A stretch of DNA of 64,000 nt from Alphaproteobacteria bacterium (GCA_965261735.1 OZ253470.1:2272001-2336000), one strand, 5' to 3'; shown: positions 32,538 through 43,007, numbered from the stretch's first letter. Notes: generated by a model not told the origin, from the sequence alone. Numbers and translations: made by a program.

Positions 32538-34982
32538 CTATTCGGCGGGCAATCCGGGGCGGACGAGGGCGCGCGTGCGGGTGCGCTCGAAGCCGGGTGC
32601 CGCCGGGTAGACGGGGGCGGTAAGCGGGGGTGCCGCAAACGAGGCCTCGGTCCGCAGGGCAGGTGGGGGCGTGTAAGTCGTCGTCCGCTGCGCCGGCTCG
32701 CGGTCCGCGCTCCGGATCAGGGCTTCCATCGCTTTGGGCGGCAACTCCTGGCCGTGCTCGGTGCCCGCGGCGCGGGTAATGCTCTCGTTCATGAGCGTCC
32801 CGCCGAGATCGTTGGCGCCCGCCGCGAGGCACGCCCTGGCGCCGTCGGGGCCCATCTTCACCCAGGAGGTCTGGATGTTGGTCAGGTGCGGATGCAGCGC
32901 GAGGCGCGCGACCGCATGCATGAGCACGGCCTCGCGGAAGGTGGGCCCGCGCCGGGCGCGGCCCTTGAGGTAGAGCGGCGCCTCCATGTGCACGAACGGA
33001 AGCGGCACGAATTCGGTGAAGCCGCCGGTTGCCGCCTGTAGCTCGCGCACGCGCAGCAGGTGGCGCGCCCAGTGCCGCGGTGCATCGACGTGGCCGAACA
33101 TGATGGTCGCCGTGGTGCGAAAGCCCGCGGCATGCGCCGCCGCCATGCCATCGAGCCATTGTGCCGTGTTGATCTTGTCGGGGCAGATCACGGCGCGGAC
33201 CTTGTCGTCGAGGATCTCGGCCGCGGTGCCCGGCAGGGTCCCGAGCCCCGCCTCCATGAGCGCGGCGAGGAAGGCCGGCACTTCGAGCCCGAGGGTGTGG
33301 GCACCCTGCCACACTTCGAGCGGCGAGAAGGCATGCACGTGCATGTCGGGCACCGCCTCCTTCACCGCGCGACAGATGGCGAGATAGGTCTCGCCCGTAT
33401 AGTCGGGGTGGATGCCGCCCTGCATGCACACCTCGGTCGCGCCGCGCTGCCATGCTTCGCGGGCGCGCCGCGCGATCTCGCCGAGATCGAGGTCGTAGGC
33501 GCGGCCGCGCAGGTTTTCGCTGAACTTGCCCTTGGAGAAGGCGCAGAACTGGCAGCGGAAGTAGCACACGTTGGTGTAGTTGATGTTGCGGTTGACGACG
33601 TAGGTCACGCTGTCTCCCGAGACCCGGGCACGCAGCTCGTCGGCGGCCCCGCACACGGCCTCGAACTCGGCGCCGCGGGCCGCGAACAGGCGCACGATGT
33701 CGGCCTCGGACAAGCCCTCGCCAGCTTGAGCCCGGCCCACGATGCGCGAGACCTCGGCCGCCGGGCTCGGGGCGTGGGGGGGCGCCGGCGGCGGCGCCGT
33801 CGACACGCCAGGCGACCACGCCTCCGCCCGCGCAAAACCATCGGCGTCGATGGCGCGCAGCACGTGTGGCCGCAGGTTCGCGTCGAGCCAGCGCTCGCCG
33901 TTGAGCGCGTAGGCGGGGTAGAGGGCGAGGCGCTCCGTCAGTAGCTTGCCGGCCGCCGCCGTCTCGCGCGCCAGCGCATCGAGCTGCGGCCAGGGCGCCT
34001 CGGGGTTGACGTAGTCCGGCGTGACCGGTGACACGCCGCCCCAGTCGTTGATGCCGGCGCCGACGAGCCGCGACAGCGCGCCGGGGCTTAGGTTGGGGGG
34101 CGCCTGGATGTTCATCGCCGGCCCGAACAGGAGGCGGGCGACGGCGATCGTCCAGCACAGCTCATCGAGCGAGGGCTCGGGCGCGTCGGCCATGCGCGTC
34201 GCCGGCTTGGCGCGGAAGTTCTGGACGATGATTTCCTGGATGTGGCCGTAGCGGTCGTGAAGCGCGCGCAGGGCGAGCAGCGATTCGATACGCTCGGCGC
34301 GCGTCTCGCCGATGCCGATGAGGATGCCCGACGTCATCGGAACCGCCATCTCGCCGGCGAGCCGCAACGTCTCGAGGCGCACGGCCGGGTCCTTGTCGGG
34401 CGAGCCGTAATGCGCCCCGCCCTTGGCGCACAGCCGCGGCGCCGCACTCTCGAGCATGATGCCCTGCGAGACCGACACCTCGCGTAGGGAGCGCAGGTCG
34501 TCGGCCCCCATGACGCCAGGGTTGAGGTGCGGCAGGAGCCCGGTTTCGTCGAGGACGAGGCGGGCTGCGGCGCGCAGATAGGAGAGCGTCGTCTCATGGC
34601 CCACTTCGGCGAGCTCGCGCCGCGCCACCGCGTAGCGCAGCTCCGGCTTGTCGCCGAGGGTGAACAGTGCCTCCTTGCATCCGGCGGCGGCACCGGCGCG
34701 CGCGATGGTGAGAACCTCGTCGAGCGTGAGGTAGGCGCGCTGTCCCCGCCGCGGCGGGTGCGCGAAGGTGCAGTAGTGGCACACGTCGCGGCACAGTTGC
34801 GTGAGCGGGATGAACACCTTGCGCGAATAGGATACGAGGTCGCGATGGCCGGCATCGCGCAGACCGGCGCCCGCCTCGGCTAACGGCCCGAGTTCGCTCC
34901 GTGTGAGTTCGCTTGCCGAGGCGTCCTCGAGGCGATCGCGGTCGCCGAGGCGGCTGAGCCACGGGTTTTCGCGCCCCCTCAC
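32538..34982 (-). CDS. fbiC: FO synthase (fused CofG/CofH, two radical-SAM domains)
   Basis: YSRKVFIPLTQLCRDVCHYC and NRNINYTNVCYFRCQFC; GTGA overlap with the cofC stop. Confidence 0.95.
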   Translation of the reverse strand: MRGRENPWLSRLGDRDRLEDASASELTRSELGPLAEAGAGLRDAGHRDLVSYSRKVFIPLTQLCRDVCHYCTFAHPPRRGQRAYLTLDEVLTIARAGAAAGCKEALFTLGDKPELRYAVARRELAEVGHETTLSYLRAAARLVLDETGLLPHLNPGVMGADDLRSLREVSVSQGIMLESAAPRLCAKGGAHYGSPDKDPAVRLETLRLAGEMAVPMTSGILIGIGETRAERIESLLALRALHDRYGHIQEIIVQNFRAKPATRMADAPEPSLDELCWTIAVARLLFGPAMNIQAPPNLSPGALSRLVGAGINDWGGVSPVTPDYVNPEAPWPQLDALARETAAAGKLLTERLALYPAYALNGERWLDANLRPHVLRAIDADGFARAEAWSPGVSTAPPPAPPHAPSPAAEVSRIVGRAQAGEGLSEADIVRLFAARGAEFEAVCGAADELRARVSGDSVTYVVNRNINYTNVCYFRCQFCAFSKGKFSENLRGRAYDLDLGEIARRAREAWQRGATEVCMQGGIHPDYTGETYLAICRAVKEAVPDMHVHAFSPLEVWQGAHTLGLEVPAFLAALMEAGLGTLPGTAAEILDDKVRAVICPDKINTAQWLDGMAAAHAAGFRTTATIMFGHVDAPRHWARHLLRVRELQAATGGFTEFVPLPFVHMEAPLYLKGRARRGPTFREAVLMHAVARLALHPHLTNIQTSWVKMGPDGARACLAAGANDLGGTLMNESITRAAGTEHGQELPPKAMEALIRSADREPAQRTTTYTPPPALRTEASFAAPPLTAPVYPAAPGFERTRTRALVRPGLPAE

Positions 34983-35644
34983 GCCGAGAGCTCCGCGGCG
35001 GCCATAGCGCCCATGTCGTCCTCGGCGAGCACGGCGTGCGTGCGCGTGCGCGCCGGCCGGCCGCGCAGGGCGGCGAGGTCCTCGGGCGTGTCGATATCGA
35101 GGGCGAGCCCCGGCAACCGCTCGATGCGGGGCGCGATACCGCGCCGGCGCGCGGCCGCGAGGTGGGGGAAGAAGCTGTCGGCGCCGAAGCGTAGCGGCAC
35201 CGAGTCGGGCGGCGAGCAGACGACGCAATTGGACCCGCGCTCGTCGCGCGAGGGCACGATCGTCATCGCCGGTGCGGAGCCGTGGGCGGCGAGGACCTGA
35301 GCAAGCTCGGTCGCGCTGAGGAGGGGAACGTCGCCCGGCACCACGACCATGCCGGCTGTGCCCTCGGCGCTCAGCACATCGGCCGCGTGCGCCACCGCCT
35401 CCGTTTGACCGCGGTTCTCGGGCTCGGCTATCAACCGGGCGCCGAAACGCTCGGCGAGGCCGGCGCCTTCCGAGCCCGGCTTGGCCACCACGGCAATCCC
35501 GTCGAGGCCCGGCGTCGCCGATAGCGCCGATAGCACGTCATCGAGCATGGCGGCGAACAACCGGCGGCGCTCGTCGGGGCTCAGCACCCCTGCGAGCCGC
35601 TGCTTGGCGTCGGCAAAGTCCTTGATCGGCAGGACCGCCCACAT
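34979..35644 (-). CDS. cofC: CofC/FbiD guanylyltransferase
   Basis: PIKDFADAKQRLA, PGDVPL, RFGADSF, LDIDTPEDL. Confidence 0.95.
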   Translation of the reverse strand: MWAVLPIKDFADAKQRLAGVLSPDERRRLFAAMLDDVLSALSATPGLDGIAVVAKPGSEGAGLAERFGARLIAEPENRGQTEAVAHAADVLSAEGTAGMVVVPGDVPLLSATELAQVLAAHGSAPAMTIVPSRDERGSNCVVCSPPDSVPLRFGADSFFPHLAAARRRGIAPRIERLPGLALDIDTPEDLAALRGRPARTRTHAVLAEDDMGAMAAAELSA

Positions 35645-35681
35645 AGGTCCCTCCCCACAAGCGGGCGTACCCTTGGCCGTG

Positions 35682-36662
35682 TCATATACCAGCATCGCAG
35701 GCGAGCGCGCCAGCAAAGTCAAGCACCACATGGGCCAACGATACGCGGTCCTCCAAGCTCTCCATCACCGTTGCGGCGACCACGACGCGGAAGCCGAGAT
35801 CGCCCACCGCGCCGGCCAGCCCAGCGTCCGCCGTGTCGAGGACGAAGCCGTCGAGCAGGTCGCCGTAGTGGCGCGCGACGGCCAGGACGGACGCATCGAG
35901 CCCGAGCTCTTCCATCATCTTGGCCGTCGGGCCCTTGAGTGCGCGCCCACCGATAATGGGCGAGACCGCGATGACCGGCGCCGGGCCAGCGGCGAGGGCT
36001 TCGCGCACCCCGGGCAGGCTGAGGATGGGATCGATGCTGATGAACGGGTTCGAGGGGCACAGCACCACGGAGCGCAAGCCAGGCGCCCGCAGCGCGCCGA
36101 GAAGAACGGGCTGAGGGCGGGCCGCCGCGGCGCCATCGAAGCGGAACCCGGTGACCACGGGGTTGCACTGCCGGCGCACGAAGTACTCCTGGAAGGCGAT
36201 CTCGCCCTCGGCCGCCTCGACGATCGTGCGCACGGGATCGTCCGACATCGGCAAGAGGCGCGGCTGGACGCCGAGGCGGGCGGCGACATCGGCCGTGATG
36301 GTGCTCAGGGGCTCGCCTGCGGCGAGGCGCCGGGTGCGTTCGACGTGGAGGGCGAGGTCGGCGTCGCCGAGGTGAAACCAGGTCTCGCCGCCGAGCGCCG
36401 CCATCGCGGCCATGAAGGTCGCGGTCTCACCGGCACGGCCCCACCCGGTGTCGGGGTTGGCGAGGCCCGCGAGCGTGTAGGTGAGGGTGTCGAGGTCGGG
36501 ACAGATGCGCAAGCCCAGATGGTCGAAATCATCGCCCGTGTTGGCGACCACCAACAGCGCCTCAGGCGCCAGCACCTTGGACAGGCCGAGCGCGAGCTTG
36601 GCGCCACCCACACCGCCGGACAGGGCGACGCAGTCGATGCCGCTCGCATCCAACGCGCTCAC
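35682..36662 (-). CDS. cofD: 2-phospho-L-lactate transferase (CofD/FbiA)
   Basis: LSGGVGGAKL, NTGDDF, CPDLDT, FQEYFVR, PSNPFISI. Confidence 0.95.
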   Translation of the reverse strand: MSALDASGIDCVALSGGVGGAKLALGLSKVLAPEALLVVANTGDDFDHLGLRICPDLDTLTYTLAGLANPDTGWGRAGETATFMAAMAALGGETWFHLGDADLALHVERTRRLAAGEPLSTITADVAARLGVQPRLLPMSDDPVRTIVEAAEGEIAFQEYFVRRQCNPVVTGFRFDGAAAARPQPVLLGALRAPGLRSVVLCPSNPFISIDPILSLPGVREALAAGPAPVIAVSPIIGGRALKGPTAKMMEELGLDASVLAVARHYGDLLDGFVLDTADAGLAGAVGDLGFRVVVAATVMESLEDRVSLAHVVLDFAGALACDAGI

Positions 36663-37426
36663 CGGAACAAATCCTCCTCGGCCGAGCGGACGAGAGCGGC
36701 CGCGTTGGTGCCGGCCTCGGCCGCGAGGCCGCGCACGAGAACGACGGGCGTGCCCTCGTCGGCCTGGCCCTGCACGAGCGAGGCGGCGGCCGCGAGCTCG
36801 TCGGCGAGCCCGACCTCGGTGGCGATCAGCGGGCGCCCGAACAGATCGAGCCGGCCGCGCAGGTCCTGCAGCGCGGGCAGGCCCGCGGCGCCGAGCGCCA
36901 TGCCCATCGTGCCGTTGCGAAAGGCGCGGCCGGTGCTGTCGTTGATGACGACGGCGACGGGCATACCCGTGCGCACCGCCAGCGCATCGCGCAAGGAGGC
37001 GCACGTCGCGTCGGGGTCGACCGGCAGCAGCAGAACGCGCTCACCCTCACCCGCGGGCTCGACGTTGGAGGCGTCGATACCGGCATTGGCCATGACGTAG
37101 CCGAGCCGATGGACGACGATCAGCACCCCGGGCCGATGGCGCAACACCTCGCCCGACTCCGAGAGGATGAGCTCGACCAGGCGCGCGTCCTTGTGCGCTG
37201 CCGTGGCCAAGTCGCGCGCCCGCGCCGATGGCGTCACGTCGCGCAGATCGACGAAGCGGTCCTCGGCCTTGGAGATGATCTTTTGCGCGATCACCAGCGC
37301 ATCGCCGGCGCGCAACGCCTCGCCCGCCCGCTCGACGCCCTCGAGGATGAGCCCGGCGAGGTCGTCGCCGGGCTGCACCAGCGGCATGCCGGGGAGCGCG
37401 ACGAGCTCGATTCTGGCGTAAGCCAC
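36659..37426 (-). CDS. cofE: F420-0:gamma-glutamyl ligase (single-domain CofE)
   Basis: AQKIISKAE, ANAGIDASN, DSTGRAFR, ADELAAAASL; no C-terminal nitroreductase domain. Confidence 0.95.
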   Translation of the reverse strand: MAYARIELVALPGMPLVQPGDDLAGLILEGVERAGEALRAGDALVIAQKIISKAEDRFVDLRDVTPSARARDLATAAHKDARLVELILSESGEVLRHRPGVLIVVHRLGYVMANAGIDASNVEPAGEGERVLLLPVDPDATCASLRDALAVRTGMPVAVVINDSTGRAFRNGTMGMALGAAGLPALQDLRGRLDLFGRPLIATEVGLADELAAAASLVQGQADEGTPVVLVRGLAAEAGTNAAALVRSAEEDLFR

Positions 37427-37447
37427 CCCGGCCGATCCGCGCCTAGC

Positions 37448-38134
37448 CTATCGGTCCGCGGCGCTCGGCGCCGACGGGTCGCCGGTGATGCGGATGCCGG
37501 CGCCGTCGATCTTGTAGTGCCGGTTGATGAAGATCAGCGCCGAGGTCAGCGCCTCGGCGATGACCGAGTTGGCGATCGGCCCGGCGTGCCAGGCGCGCAG
37601 GCCGGCGGACGCGGCCAACCCGACCACGGTCTCGCGTGCCTCGGCGTCGTTGCCGCACACGAGCACGTCGCAATCGATGGTCGTATCGCCCTCGCTGAGG
37701 CGCTCGGCGGCGATGTTCTGGAAGGCCGACACGACGCGAACCTCATCGCCAAGCAGCTCCTGCGCGGCCTGCGCCACCGACCCGCCCGCCGGCAGCGTCA
37801 CCGTGCTCACGCGCGGCGGCACCAGCGGTACCGTGGCATCGATAAGGATCTTGTCGGCGCTGCCGGCCCGCACCTCCGCCAGCATCGCGTCGTGGCTCGC
37901 GAACGGCACGGCGAGCACGACGATCTCAGCCGCCTCGGCCGCGGCCCCGTTGGCCATGCCGCGCACGCGCCCGCCGCTACGCGCGCCCAACTCTTGCGCC
38001 GCCGCCGCCGCCCTATCTGGCGAGCGCGAGCCGATGATGATGTCGTGGCCGGCGCGCGCCCATCGTAGCGCGAGCCCGGCGCCGAGCGCGCCGGTGCCGC
38101 CAATGACGGCGATGCGGGTGGGGGTGTCGGTCAT
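37448..38134 (-). CDS. npdG: NADPH-dependent F420 reductase
   Basis: IGGTGALGAGLA, IGSRS, DATVPL, SAFQNI, AGIRITG. Confidence 0.95.
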   Translation of the reverse strand: MTDTPTRIAVIGGTGALGAGLALRWARAGHDIIIGSRSPDRAAAAAQELGARSGGRVRGMANGAAAEAAEIVVLAVPFASHDAMLAEVRAGSADKILIDATVPLVPPRVSTVTLPAGGSVAQAAQELLGDEVRVVSAFQNIAAERLSEGDTTIDCDVLVCGNDAEARETVVGLAASAGLRAWHAGPIANSVIAEALTSALIFINRHYKIDGAGIRITGDPSAPSAADR

Positions 38135-38226
38135 GGGAGGTCCTGCCTGGCGAACGGGCGGCTTTGACGGTGAGCCCGCGAAAGATGTTATTTAGCACCG
38201 TCCGCCGGGCTCGGCCACGGCGGGGA

Positions 38227-38326
38227 CCCCCTCCCCCTACCCCCTCCCACGAGGGGAGGGGGAATTGTGACGCGATGTCCAGTCGTTAACCCTCCCCCTT
38301 GATGGGGGAGGGTTGGGTGGGGGTGA
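38227..38326. repeat. REP-like inverted doublet, copy B
   Basis: Same arms as copy A with a diverged 27-bp spacer (38263-38289); between divergent npdG and LLM genes. Confidence 0.9.
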
Positions 38327-38367
38327 GGCCGGCGGCGGCCACGGGATGCAGGGCGGGGGGTGGCGTG

Positions 38368-39393
38368 ATGGGTGACTTTCAGTTCGGCCTCATGATTCGC
38401 GGCCAGTTCTCGCCGCCCGACGACATGTCGGTGCGCTTCCGCGAGCTGATGGAGCAGGCGCGGCTCGCGGACGCGCTGGGTTATGCCTCGATCACCAACG
38501 GCTCGCACTACAGCACGAGCCCGTTTCAGGACTTCCAGCAGTTCCCGTTCCTGTCCCGCGTCATGGCCGAGGCGCCGCGCGTCCGGCTCAATGCCGGCAT
38601 CGTCCTGCTCGCGCTGCACAAACCGCTCGACATCGCCGAGCAGCTCGCCACCATCGACGTGATGTCGGGCGGCAAGCTCATCTTCGGGGCCGCGCTCGGC
38701 TACCGCGAGGTCGAGTTCAAGGCGTTCGGCACCACGCACGCCGAGCGGGTCACGCGCTTTGAGGAGAATCTCATCGCGATCAAGCGGCTGTGGACCGAGG
38801 ACGGCGTCGACATGGTGGGCTCGCACTTCGAGCTTGAGGGCGCGAGCTGCGCGCTCAAGCCGACACAAAAGCCTCACCCGCCGATCTGGATCGGCGCCAA
38901 CGCCGACGTCGCGATCCGGCGCGCGGCCCGGCTCGGCGACTGCTGGTACGCCAACCCGCACGGCCGCATCGATACTATCGAGCGCCAGGTCGAGGTCTAC
39001 CGCCGCGCGCTCGACGACGAAGGCAAGCCCTTCCCTGCCGAGTTCCCGGGCCGGCGCGAGGTCTTCGTCGCCGCCAGCCGCGACGACGCGGTGCGCCTCG
39101 CCGGCCCCTACCTCGCGACCAAGTACAAGGTCTACCACGACTGGGGCCAGGACAAGGCGATGCCGCAGGGCGATGACGACCTCGGCCAGGATTTCGACGA
39201 GCTCGCGCGCGACCGCTTCATCCTGGGCGGACCGGACGAGGTCGCCGAGCAGATCCTCAACCTCCACGCCCGCACCGGCCTCAACCACCTGATCATGAGC
39301 ATCCAGTGGCCCGACATGCCGCAGGCCCTGGTCAACGAGACCATGCACCGCCTCGCCGAGGAGGTCTTCCCGCAAGTCCGCGACGGGATGTGA
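38368..39393 (+). CDS. LLM-class oxidoreductase, paralogue of 30162-31178
   Basis: Shares HKPLDIAEQ, GYREVEF, DMVGSHFEL, QKPHPPIWIGANAD, WGQDK blocks. Confidence 0.85.
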   Translation: MGDFQFGLMIRGQFSPPDDMSVRFRELMEQARLADALGYASITNGSHYSTSPFQDFQQFPFLSRVMAEAPRVRLNAGIVLLALHKPLDIAEQLATIDVMSGGKLIFGAALGYREVEFKAFGTTHAERVTRFEENLIAIKRLWTEDGVDMVGSHFELEGASCALKPTQKPHPPIWIGANADVAIRRAARLGDCWYANPHGRIDTIERQVEVYRRALDDEGKPFPAEFPGRREVFVAASRDDAVRLAGPYLATKYKVYHDWGQDKAMPQGDDDLGQDFDELARDRFILGGPDEVAEQILNLHARTGLNHLIMSIQWPDMPQALVNETMHRLAEEVFPQVRDGM

Positions 39394-39414
39394 GGCGGGG
39401 CGCCTGCGCGGCGT

Positions 39415-40981
39415 TCAGGCCATGACCACGGTCGCGACGGCGCGGCGCGGGCTGGGCGGCGCTTCTCGCGTCGGATGGCCCATGCGAAAGGCGAAGGTCG
39501 GCTTCCAGTCCGGGCCGCCCTCCGTCAAGCCCGCCAACACCGCCGCCGTGCGCGGTGGCAGATTCAGCTGACGTTCGCGATCGACCATCTCGGGCAGTTG
39601 GTTGAGGGGCTGCATCGCGAGACCCGCCGCAGTCGCCCACAGGTGCATCCGCTGCCACAGGCGGCCGACCTCGAGGGCGGCCGGTCGGTCGTAGAGGTCG
39701 TGCACCGACAGGAAGCCGGTCATGCGCGCGGTCGCGAGATGCACGTCTCGCGCCGTCTCGAGCCATATCCGGTGGCTCTCCTCGCTGGACGGCGGCGGCA
39801 GGAGCCGCGCGGCCGTGCGGATGAGCGGCGGCAGGCCAACCGAGCGCAGGGTGACGCCGTCGCGATGGCGCGCTACGGCGGCCGGAGTGAAGCGGAACCA
39901 TGCCTCGCTGTCGTGCACCATTTCCGCATCGGCGACGATCATTCCCGTGGCCCGAACCGTCGCCAGGTCGAAGCGCTCGCGCGCCGGGCCGTCGCGGTAG
40001 AGGTCGAGCTTGACGTCGGGCTGGTTGGCCAGGCCGGCAAGTAACGCAACGAGTTCTTCCGCTACCGGGCGGTCCGCGTCATAGGCGCCGCGATTCGTGT
40101 GGCGCTCGGGGATCGCCTTATAGAGATCGGATTCCCCCCGCTGACCGGGCCGCATCTGCACCCGCGCCACCAACAGCGGCGGCGGCGCATCCGGCGGAGG
40201 ATCGAGCGTGCCGGGCACGAGTTCGACGTCCGGCACGAAACCCTGTGCGCGGGCGGCGAGCACCATGTTCTCCAGCGCGCAACCAAGACTGATGAACATT
40301 TCTTGCCTATCCGGTTTACACCCACACCCACTAGGGCTAGAATGGGCGCAACCCGGATATAGGGGAGCGCGCCATGGATGTTCTCGACCGCGCCGATCTC
40401 CCATTCCCGCATTCGCTACCCGAGTTCCAGCGACTTTTCCCCGATGATGCGGCCTGCGCCGCCTACCTGGAGAAAGCCCGCTGGGGAGACGGCTTTGCGC
40501 TGCCGCAAGTGCCGCCAGAACACCGGGCTGACGGTGGGAACAGTGATGGAGCGTAGCCACACTCCGCTGAACGTCTGGTTCTGGGCCGCTTATCTGGTCG
40601 CCAGTCAGACGCCCGGCATGTCCGCCGTGCAGTTTCAGCGGCAACTTGGTCTTTCGCGCTACGAGACGGCCTTTCAAATTCTCCACAAGCTCAGCTCGGG
40701 CATGGTGCGGCCCAACCAAGACAGGATCGGTGGACAGCCCAAGAACCATGTTGAGGTGGACGAAACCTGGGTTGGCGGGCGAACGCGTGGGGAAGGCCGT
40801 GGTGTTCACCACAAGGTTCCCGTCTCCTGTGCCATCGAGGTGCGTCATCGAAAGCCGGGCACCAAGCTCGACAACCGGAAAGACGGACGCTGGTGTCGTA
40901 GGCTCGCCAAACGAGCCCGCCCGCGACGATCACGGTGACCGCCCCGGCGCCTTGCAGCACCCGACGGCGTTTCACGGCCAC
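39415..40981 (-). pseudogene. Acg-family FMN-binding nitroreductase with Tat-like leader, split and partly deleted by IS
   Basis: 5' piece MAVKRRRVLQGAG..RAYDT (40892-40981); 3' piece MFISLGCALEN..RHTNRGAY..GRLWQRMHL..SPRR (39415-40301). Confidence 0.8.
40302..40891 (+). mobile_element. IS1595 element B, internally deleted and 3'-truncated copy
   Basis: Left IR intact; 62-bp deletion between TGC microhomologies; identity with the 53-kb copy stops at 40891. Confidence 0.95.
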
Positions 40982-41017
40982 TCCATCGACATGCGGTCTG
41001 CCGCCACAGCCCTCAGG

Positions 41018-42412
41018 TCAGCCCGTGCGTAAGCAGGCGACGAGGTCGTCGGTGTTGGCGAGGTCGTCGAGCGCGGCCACTGTGGCGATGATGCGCTCAG
41101 TGGTCGCCTTGTCGATCCGCTCCGCGGTGAGGTCGCGGAACTTGGCCTCGACGTCGTCCGGGCCGAGCGGGTTGTCGGGGCTGCCGCGGCGCTGCAGCTG
41201 GAGCTTCTCGAGGCGGCGCCCGTCGCGGGTGGTGAGCACGATGCGTGCGGCGTGGCGGTGGGGCTCGCCCAGGGCTTCGATCTCGGGGTCGACCCGGGCC
41301 TCGATGCGCCCGATCAGGTCGAGAATCTTGGGATCTTTGAGGCGGTCCTTGCGGTATTGGCTGACGAACGCGGCGCCGTCGAGGATCATCACGGCGAGCC
41401 CGTAATACAGGTTCATCTGCGCCGCCGTCACGCTCTGCGCCTTGTACTCCCAGGCGCAGTGCTGGTAGGTCATCGGCGCCACCCCGGCCTCGACCAGTTC
41501 GATGTCGTCGGGGCTCAGGCCGTTGTCCTGCATCAGCGCGGCCAGCGCATCGAGGCAGGCATGGATGCTGGTCACCGAGGCGTGCGGCTTGAAGCCGACA
41601 TTGAGCACCTCCCATTCCGAGCCGAGCCCGGCGGTGAGCTTCTCGGGCGCCGGATCGGTGCTGTAGGAGCTGAGGAAGCCGCCATAGGCCGCCTCGAGTA
41701 CGTCGGGGATGCCAGTGAAATCGGCCTGCGCCATCAGCGCGGCGTAGACGCCGCTTTGGGCCGCGCGCCCCGAGTGCAGCCGCTTGGCCATGGCCCCCTC
41801 CTGCGCCGCCATCAGGCCGGCCGCCTGCGAGCCCGAGATGCCGAGCGCGTGCTGGGTTTGGCCCGGCGGCAGGCCGAGGAGGCGGGCGGCGGTGGCGCCG
41901 GCGGCGAACACTCCCGTCGTCCCTTGCGGATGAAAGCCGCGGAAGAACAGCGCTTGTGTCGCCGCCATGCCGACCCGGGTGCCGACCTCGTAGCCGGCGA
42001 CGATCGCGGCGATGAGCTCGCGCCCCGTCACCCCGCCGCGCCATTCGGCCAGCGCCAGCGCCACCGGCAGGCCGAGCGAGCCGGCGTGGAGGATGGCGCC
42101 GCGGTGGATGTCGTCGAGCTCGAAGGCGTGGGCGGCGGTCGCGTTGGCGAGCACGGCCTGGGACGCCGAGGTGCGCACGCCGGTGCCGAAGATCGCCGCC
42201 TGGGGATGGCCGCCCTGGCTCTCGATCATCGCGATCACCTTGCGCGTCCAGGGCAGGCCCGAGCCGTGCAGCGCACAGGCGATACCGTCGAGCACCAGCA
42301 GCTTGAGATGAGCGAGTGCCGCGGCCGGAATGTCCGCGAACTGGAGCTCGGAGGTAAAGCGCGCGAGGCGGGCCGTCGCGTCGGCGGCCAACGGCGGTTG
42401 CGAGGCGGTCAT
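41018..42412 (-). CDS. MmgE/PrpD-family protein
   Basis: AHAFELDDIH, GFHPQG, KRLHSG, GFKPHAS, RGSPDNPL. Confidence 0.9.
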   Translation of the reverse strand: MTASQPPLAADATARLARFTSELQFADIPAAALAHLKLLVLDGIACALHGSGLPWTRKVIAMIESQGGHPQAAIFGTGVRTSASQAVLANATAAHAFELDDIHRGAILHAGSLGLPVALALAEWRGGVTGRELIAAIVAGYEVGTRVGMAATQALFFRGFHPQGTTGVFAAGATAARLLGLPPGQTQHALGISGSQAAGLMAAQEGAMAKRLHSGRAAQSGVYAALMAQADFTGIPDVLEAAYGGFLSSYSTDPAPEKLTAGLGSEWEVLNVGFKPHASVTSIHACLDALAALMQDNGLSPDDIELVEAGVAPMTYQHCAWEYKAQSVTAAQMNLYYGLAVMILDGAAFVSQYRKDRLKDPKILDLIGRIEARVDPEIEALGEPHRHAARIVLTTRDGRRLEKLQLQRRGSPDNPLGPDDVEAKFRDLTAERIDKATTERIIATVAALDDLANTDDLVACLRTG

Positions 42413-42596
42413 CGGTCCTGGGATCCTCCCCATTGGGCTGGGCGCGACGCTAGCCCCTTTTGCCCCGCCCCGCCACGGCGGCAGACGGGAAGTGCGGGGC
42501 GGCGGGAAAACGACTACGATGCGCCGACACCTCGCCGACGGCACGCCCGGGTCGCGCCCCGTCCCTGCGACCGCCGCCACTGGACAACCGCCGCTC

Positions 42597-43007
42597 ATGA
42601 TCAGCAAGCTCCGCGCATTCCTGTGGCCGCGAATCGACGACCTCACCTCGGCCCATCGCGCCGCTCAGCAGGGCCTGATCGCGGCACTGTTCGCAGCCGC
42701 CATCACGGTCGTTTCGTCCCCGGTCGCGACGTGGGGCCCGGCGGCGCTGCGCGGGCGGGTCTGGCATATCGCCGACGTCGTCCTCTGGCTGGCGATTGCC
42801 GCCGCCCTTTATTACAAGTCCCGTAGCGCCGCCGTGGTCGCGCTGGCGCTGTTCGTCGTCGAGCGCGCGATCGAGTTCTCGCACAGCGTGCGCGCCCTCG
42901 GCATCATCCTCGCGGTGTTCTTCGTCTTCTTCTTCATCAGCGCCGTGCGCGGCACTTTTCGCCACCACGAGCTTGGCGGACAGCGGACTCCGAGCGCGCC
43001 TGAGTAG
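42597..43007 (+). CDS. Hypothetical membrane protein
   Basis: About four hydrophobic segments; KSRSAAV, AVRGTF. Confidence 0.6.
   Translation: MISKLRAFLWPRIDDLTSAHRAAQQGLIAALFAAAITVVSSPVATWGPAALRGRVWHIADVVLWLAIAAALYYKSRSAAVVALALFVVERAIEFSHSVRALGIILAVFFVFFFISAVRGTFRHHELGGQRTPSAPE

Noticed and set aside
39415-40848. 477-aa ORF (and the 225-aa ORF at 62731 and 219-aa ORF at 52613) as novel fusion proteins
   Set aside because: Their N-termini are antisense IS sequence read into truncated host genes.
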